Origin: the human T2T-CHM13v2.0 reference genome, Homo sapiens
Strand: one strand, 5' to 3'
DNA length: 64,000 nt
NCBI RefSeq assembly: GCF_009914755.1
Contig: NC_060926.1
The translations under genes were made by a program, and so were the position numbers. Positions 58,890 through 64,000 of this stretch are shown here, piece by piece. How positions within the stretch are numbered: the first letter of the stretch is position 1; each line of letters begins with the position of its first letter. The notes beneath the pieces were generated by a model. It was not told where the DNA came from. It saw nothing but the letters and a program-made list of their open reading frames with translations, and did no database searches.

Positions 58890-61100
58890 GATATGAATTT
58901 CTAGGAAAAAAAATCAAAATTGACTCAAAAAGTAGAAAAAAAACTTACATAGATTAAATATATTGAATCAGTAATGAAAAAACTTCCCATAAAGAAATTT
59001 CCAGGCCCAAGTGCCTTCACCAAAAAGTTCCGTGAAACATACAAGAGAAACAAACCAACCAACCAAACAAAAAAAAAAAAAACTCTGCCACCAACACAAA
59101 CAGAGAATAAAAAAAGAAGACTCCCGAGTTCATTTTACAAGGTTAAAATAAAAATAATCTTGATATCAAAACCCAACAAAGCAAGTGCAAGAGAAAGTAT
59201 TTACAGGCCATCATTATTCAACGTGGATCAGCAATTATTTTTAAGATGTACTGGCCAGGTGTGGTGGTCATGCCTATAATCCTAGTATTTTGGGAGGCCC
59301 GAGTGAGAGGATGGCCTGAGCTCAGGAGTTTGAGACCAGCCTGGGCAACAAGGCAAAATCACGTCTTTATAAAAAATACAAAAATTAGCTGGGCATGGCA
59401 GCACACCTATAGACCCAGCTATTCGGGAGGCTGAGGTGGGAGGATCACTTGAGCCTAGCAGGTTGAGAATGCAGTGATCCTTGATCATGCCACTGTGCTC
59501 CAGCCTGGGCAACAGAGTGAGACCCTGTCTCAAAACAACAACAGAAAGATATGCTGACCGCCTGTGATGCTGGCCAGGATGGCGTATGCATGCTACGGCC
59601 TGTCATTTCCACTGATCACAATTTGAAACTCTAGACAAAATATAAATAGCAATGACCCAAGTACTCTGAAAAGTAACCAGCAGACAGGTTGGGAAACGTC
59701 AAAACCTGAAGAATTATCTGGATGGTGGTGGTGAGAGATCATATTCTGGGTCATAAAACAAACCCTAAAGTTAAACAATTAAAATTCAGTGAATTATTTT
59801 CTCTGATGACAGAATTAAACTAGGAATCTAGAACATTTCTAGAACATCCCCAAATATGAGAAGTTAAATGGCGTACTTCTAAATGGCCCATAGGTCAAAG
59901 AGAGTATCTTAAGACAAATTGGAAAACAGTTTGAACTTAATAAATATGACATCATCTTACCAAAATATGTGCTTACAGGGCAATTTATAGCACTAAATTA
60001 TGAGAAATGAAGCATCAAATCAATAATGTAAGCATTTACTTTAAGTAAAAAAAGAACCAAATAAACTCAAATCAGGCATAAGAAAAACAGACTAAATCAG
60101 TAATATTTAAACAAAAACAGTAAAGGAAAAAAATTCAATGGAATCCAAAGTTGGTTCTTTGCAAGGGTGGTGGGAGGTGGAAGTCAATCAAATGAGGAAG
60201 CCTCTAGCAGACTGACAAAGGAAGAAGAGAAAACACAAATTGCCAATACCAGAAATGAAAGGAATATTATTACAAATCCTGTAGACACTAGAAGGCTAGA
60301 ATGGACACTACAAAAACAAAACAAACAACTATATGCTTCTAAATTCTACAAATTAGGTGAAATAGATCAATTCCTTGAAAGACAGACTACCGAAACTCAA
60401 GAAGAAACAGACAGCTTGAATACCCCTGTATTTATTAAAGAAACAGAAGTGGCACAGCACTTTGGAAGACAATTTGGCAGGTTCTGATAAAGTCAAACGT
60501 ACATGGACCATGAGACTCGGCAATCCTACCCTTAGGCATTTGCACAAGTGAAATGAAAACCTATGCTCAGACAAAAAGCACTTTGTGAATTCCAATCCAC
60601 TTATAATTTATCAAAAAGTGAAAATAGTCCATATTCCTCCAATGACAAACCAATAAGCAAACCATGTAGTATTTATACAATGGATTACTATTTGGCAATT
60701 AAAAGGAATAACTGTTGATACAGTATATGAAAGTAGCCAGACTCAAAAGGCTACATCCTGAACGATTCCATTTGTATAAAATTCTGAAAAAAAAGCAATG
60801 CTAGAGGAACACAGATCAGTTATTGCCAGAAGTTTACAATGGAAGGTTTTATTCTAAAGGGCAAGGTAATTTTTGGAGTGATCATATAATTTTGTAATCT
60901 ACCAAAAACAAACATAATAAATGGGCAGATAAGTAAAGTTCATGGATTGGAAAGTTCAATATTGCAAAGGTCTCCCAAAAATGACCTATCAATTTAATCC
61001 CAGTGGAAATTCCAATCAGTTTTGTGAAGGCTGCTAAGTCAACTCTAAAATGGCCAAGAATAGACAAGATCACCGGAGAGGAAGCAGGGAGGTGGACACA
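58890..61100 (+). mobile_element. Fragmented old L1 (L1M-type)
   Basis: ORF2-like remnants such as KTQIANTRNERNIITNP and KLGEIDQFLER; boundaries approximate. Confidence 0.7.
59253..59545 (+). mobile_element. Alu (AluJ-like)
   Basis: Full-length Alu. Confidence 0.9.
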
Positions 61101-62544
61101 AATATCTTCTGATTGATGAGTGAAATCATTAGAAGGCCAGCAAAAATACAAGTAAGCCAGAATTTCTAAAGCACCACAAAAGAACACTAGTTAGTAGTGC
61201 ATAAAGGTATCTCCTAAATTTGTTGTAAACATAGGCCTTTAAAAAAATATTAGAAACTGATATTTAAAGAGATATAAACTCATATTAAGCTTTTAAAAAA
61301 TTCTAAGCAAGGGCCTCACCTAATTTCATAAAAGGTTGCGTAGAACCAACCATTGCTGCAAACGATGTGCTGCCCTGAGATGTGAGGATCCCAGTGGTCC
61401 CTCTGGGTCAACAGCAGCTACCGCAGCTGAGCCCAAACTCTGATACATTATCTATCTACAATCATTATTTTTAACAATTTATATCAATGCTACCCATAAG
61501 GCACAGAGAAGCAGAAATGTTTATGTGGCCTCCTGCCAAAAACAATCACTTGCACTTATTTCTAGTACTCCAGAAGACAGTAATAGAAGTTTTTCAATTT
61601 AGAAAAACATTTACAGCAAAGAAAAAAATCTCTGTAAACTTCCTGCTTAACCAATCTAGTGAATTGTGATGAGCCATATAAATTCATTTAGCCACCTTAT
61701 GAAAGACTTAATCCAAAGTCACTTCTAACTTCTAGAAGAGCTAATGTATTATAATCACAGTTGTGAAAGACTCAAAGGCCAGAAATGTCAAGGTGTGGTC
61801 TATATCCTAAGTCCAGAAAAAAAAACAAAAAGCAACATGTACAGGCCAAATGATTGCCAATTTCTTCTGCCTACGTCATCTTTCTTCACTATAGCCTGAA
61901 ATTACATTTCATGTTTGACAATTCTCAGCAAGGAGACAAAACAAGCTTATGAGTAAAATAATAGAAAGCAGAGCCACAAAGAGGATGAGAGGCAGGAGTC
62001 ATCTCCCAAGTCCAAGTTCAACTTCTATATTATTAGACAAGGCCTCAGTGTCTTTGAACTGCAAGGAATTAATATTGATTGTAGCATGAGTAAAACCTAT
62101 CTTCTACTCATCATGAAAAGTCACAGTCGTTTTGTTTAAAGACTCCAGAATTATTATAGTCAGAAACAAGAAGGTTCCACACCTATTTGGTGAAACGAGG
62201 AATCAGGAATGAGCATTCCCAAGAGAATACAATTACAAAAGTAAAATCACCTAGAGTTTTTGGGCTGCTTAAAAAACCCAGAAAGAAGTGCCAAATGAGA
62301 AAATAATCAAATTCAGTGGAAAAACTCACTTGAAGGTATGATGGTCAGCTGGGTTTCCACCCCTTTGTTGCACTTCAAATCCTGTGTATTCCACAAAGAC
62401 TTGCTCCTTTCTAAAGGCTATGGTTCACATTCAACAGAATAGCAGCAACCACCAGGAGCCTGAGGGCTGGCTAGTCTTTAGTATTCTGCCTTATTCAAAG
62501 AAAGGATCATTTCCCTCATTCCTAAAGATCTCTCAGGTCCATTA

Positions 62545-62935
<391 letters not shown>

Positions 62936-63479
62936 TGATAAGATGGTGGTTGAGGAGAGGTCTTGGCAAGCAGTGATGTGTGAATGTAGTGAGGGGCCTG
63001 AAAATGGTACTCAGAGAGGACACTGGGTTTTAGAGGCTGAAACTACAGAAAGTCCGCTGCGTTCAAGGCCTGCTTCCACCAAAATCTAGCAGTGTGGCCT
63101 CAAACCATTTCACTTCTCTTGGCCTCAGTTTCTACATCTGCAAAATGGGATTTATAATCCCACCCCAGCCCACAGAATTCAGAGTTATATGAGAAGGCTA
63201 GAAGAGCTCACCTACCAAGGGACTCTTTTAATGGCAAGGTGGGGAAACTGAGGCACCGAGAGGGCTAGGGTTCTGCTAGCTGTCACCCAGAGTCTGATGG
63301 ACCTGCGATGAGAAACCAGAACTCCTGCCCCTAGTTCCCCCGGCTTTCCTCAGGCTGGGGAGTGAGTGCGGTGAGATAGAAAGGGCAAGCCCTCCTGCTG
63401 TTTCTCTCTGGACAGGGGCGGGATGCTGAGTGAAGGGTGAAAGGAAGAGGCTGGAGAAGGGAGAAAAGCTCCAGCTCAC

Positions 63480-64000
63480 ACTAAGTCTGAAATTTTTTAA
63501 AATGCGGACTCCGTGGCCCCTCCCTTACCCGCCCCAATCCTCTCTGAAGTCCTGGTTGTGAGGGGCCAAGTCCCAAAGTCTGCTGCTCCGCCTCTCTGTG
63601 TGCAGAGCCATGGGGCCTTCACAGGCTGCAGTGGGTCCCGAGCCCCCAGGGCTGTGCCTGCTGGTCCTGACCAAGATCGCGGCTGCCGAGGTCAGTCCAG
63701 CGCCAAGGGAACAGGGCCAGGGCAGGCGGGGCAGGGCTACCCGAAGCGCATAGAGGCTGCTGGTGTCAACGTGACGTCTTCTGGGGCGCCTGGCATCCCT
63801 AGGAGTGGAAGCCGCTGATGAAGTCAAAGCTGCCTCCTCCTTCAGGAAGACTTTGCTCCCATAGCTGGCGAACAGGAAGCGGAGCAGCGCCAGGAGGATC
63901 TGCGGGCGCTGCTGAGGGCTTCTTTGCAGGGACAGTGCAGCAGGCAGCCAGGGACAAGACTGCACGGCAGCCCCCCATGGCCAGGGGAAGCTCAGAACCG
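63480..64000. other. GC/CpG-rich unique segment, probably the start of a third duplicon (unidentified)
   Basis: Abrupt rise in GC and CpG content, GC-box and CCAAT motif at about 63529-63538; not a recognisable repeat. Confidence 0.4.

Noticed and set aside
63525-63965. 146-aa ORF as a gene
   Set aside because: Non-ATG start, no recognisable family, and open frames are expected in GC-rich DNA.

Overview
This is hominid (human-like) genomic DNA with no intact protein-coding gene; it looks like a pericentromeric-type segmental-duplication mosaic. About 1-49 kb is an unprocessed copy of SLC9B1/NHEDC1 on the minus strand. It has eight exons (approx. parent exons 4-11), three in-frame stops and one destroyed splice acceptor. 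About 49.3-62.7 kb is an IGSF3 fragment, also on the minus strand, carrying one intact 378-bp V-type Ig exon. From about 62.9 kb there is a third, GC-richer block of uncertain origin. The rest is interspersed repeat: Alu, L1, a 5'-truncated SVA, LTR8, MLT2, MaLR LTR/internal pieces, Tigger elements and microsatellites. Most notable: (1) the junction places the IGSF3 Ig exon 3 kb upstream of, and in splice phase with, the first SLC9B1 transmembrane exon, so an Ig-domain/membrane-anchor fusion ORF is possible; (2) an 8.8-kb double L1 with an internal 3' transduction lies inside a single 20-bp TSD; (3) a 113-bp templated insertion was copied between neighbouring L1s; (4) an MLT2 LTR is fused to MaLR internal sequence. 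Parent-gene exon/residue numbering and repeat subfamily names are from recall, not from a search.
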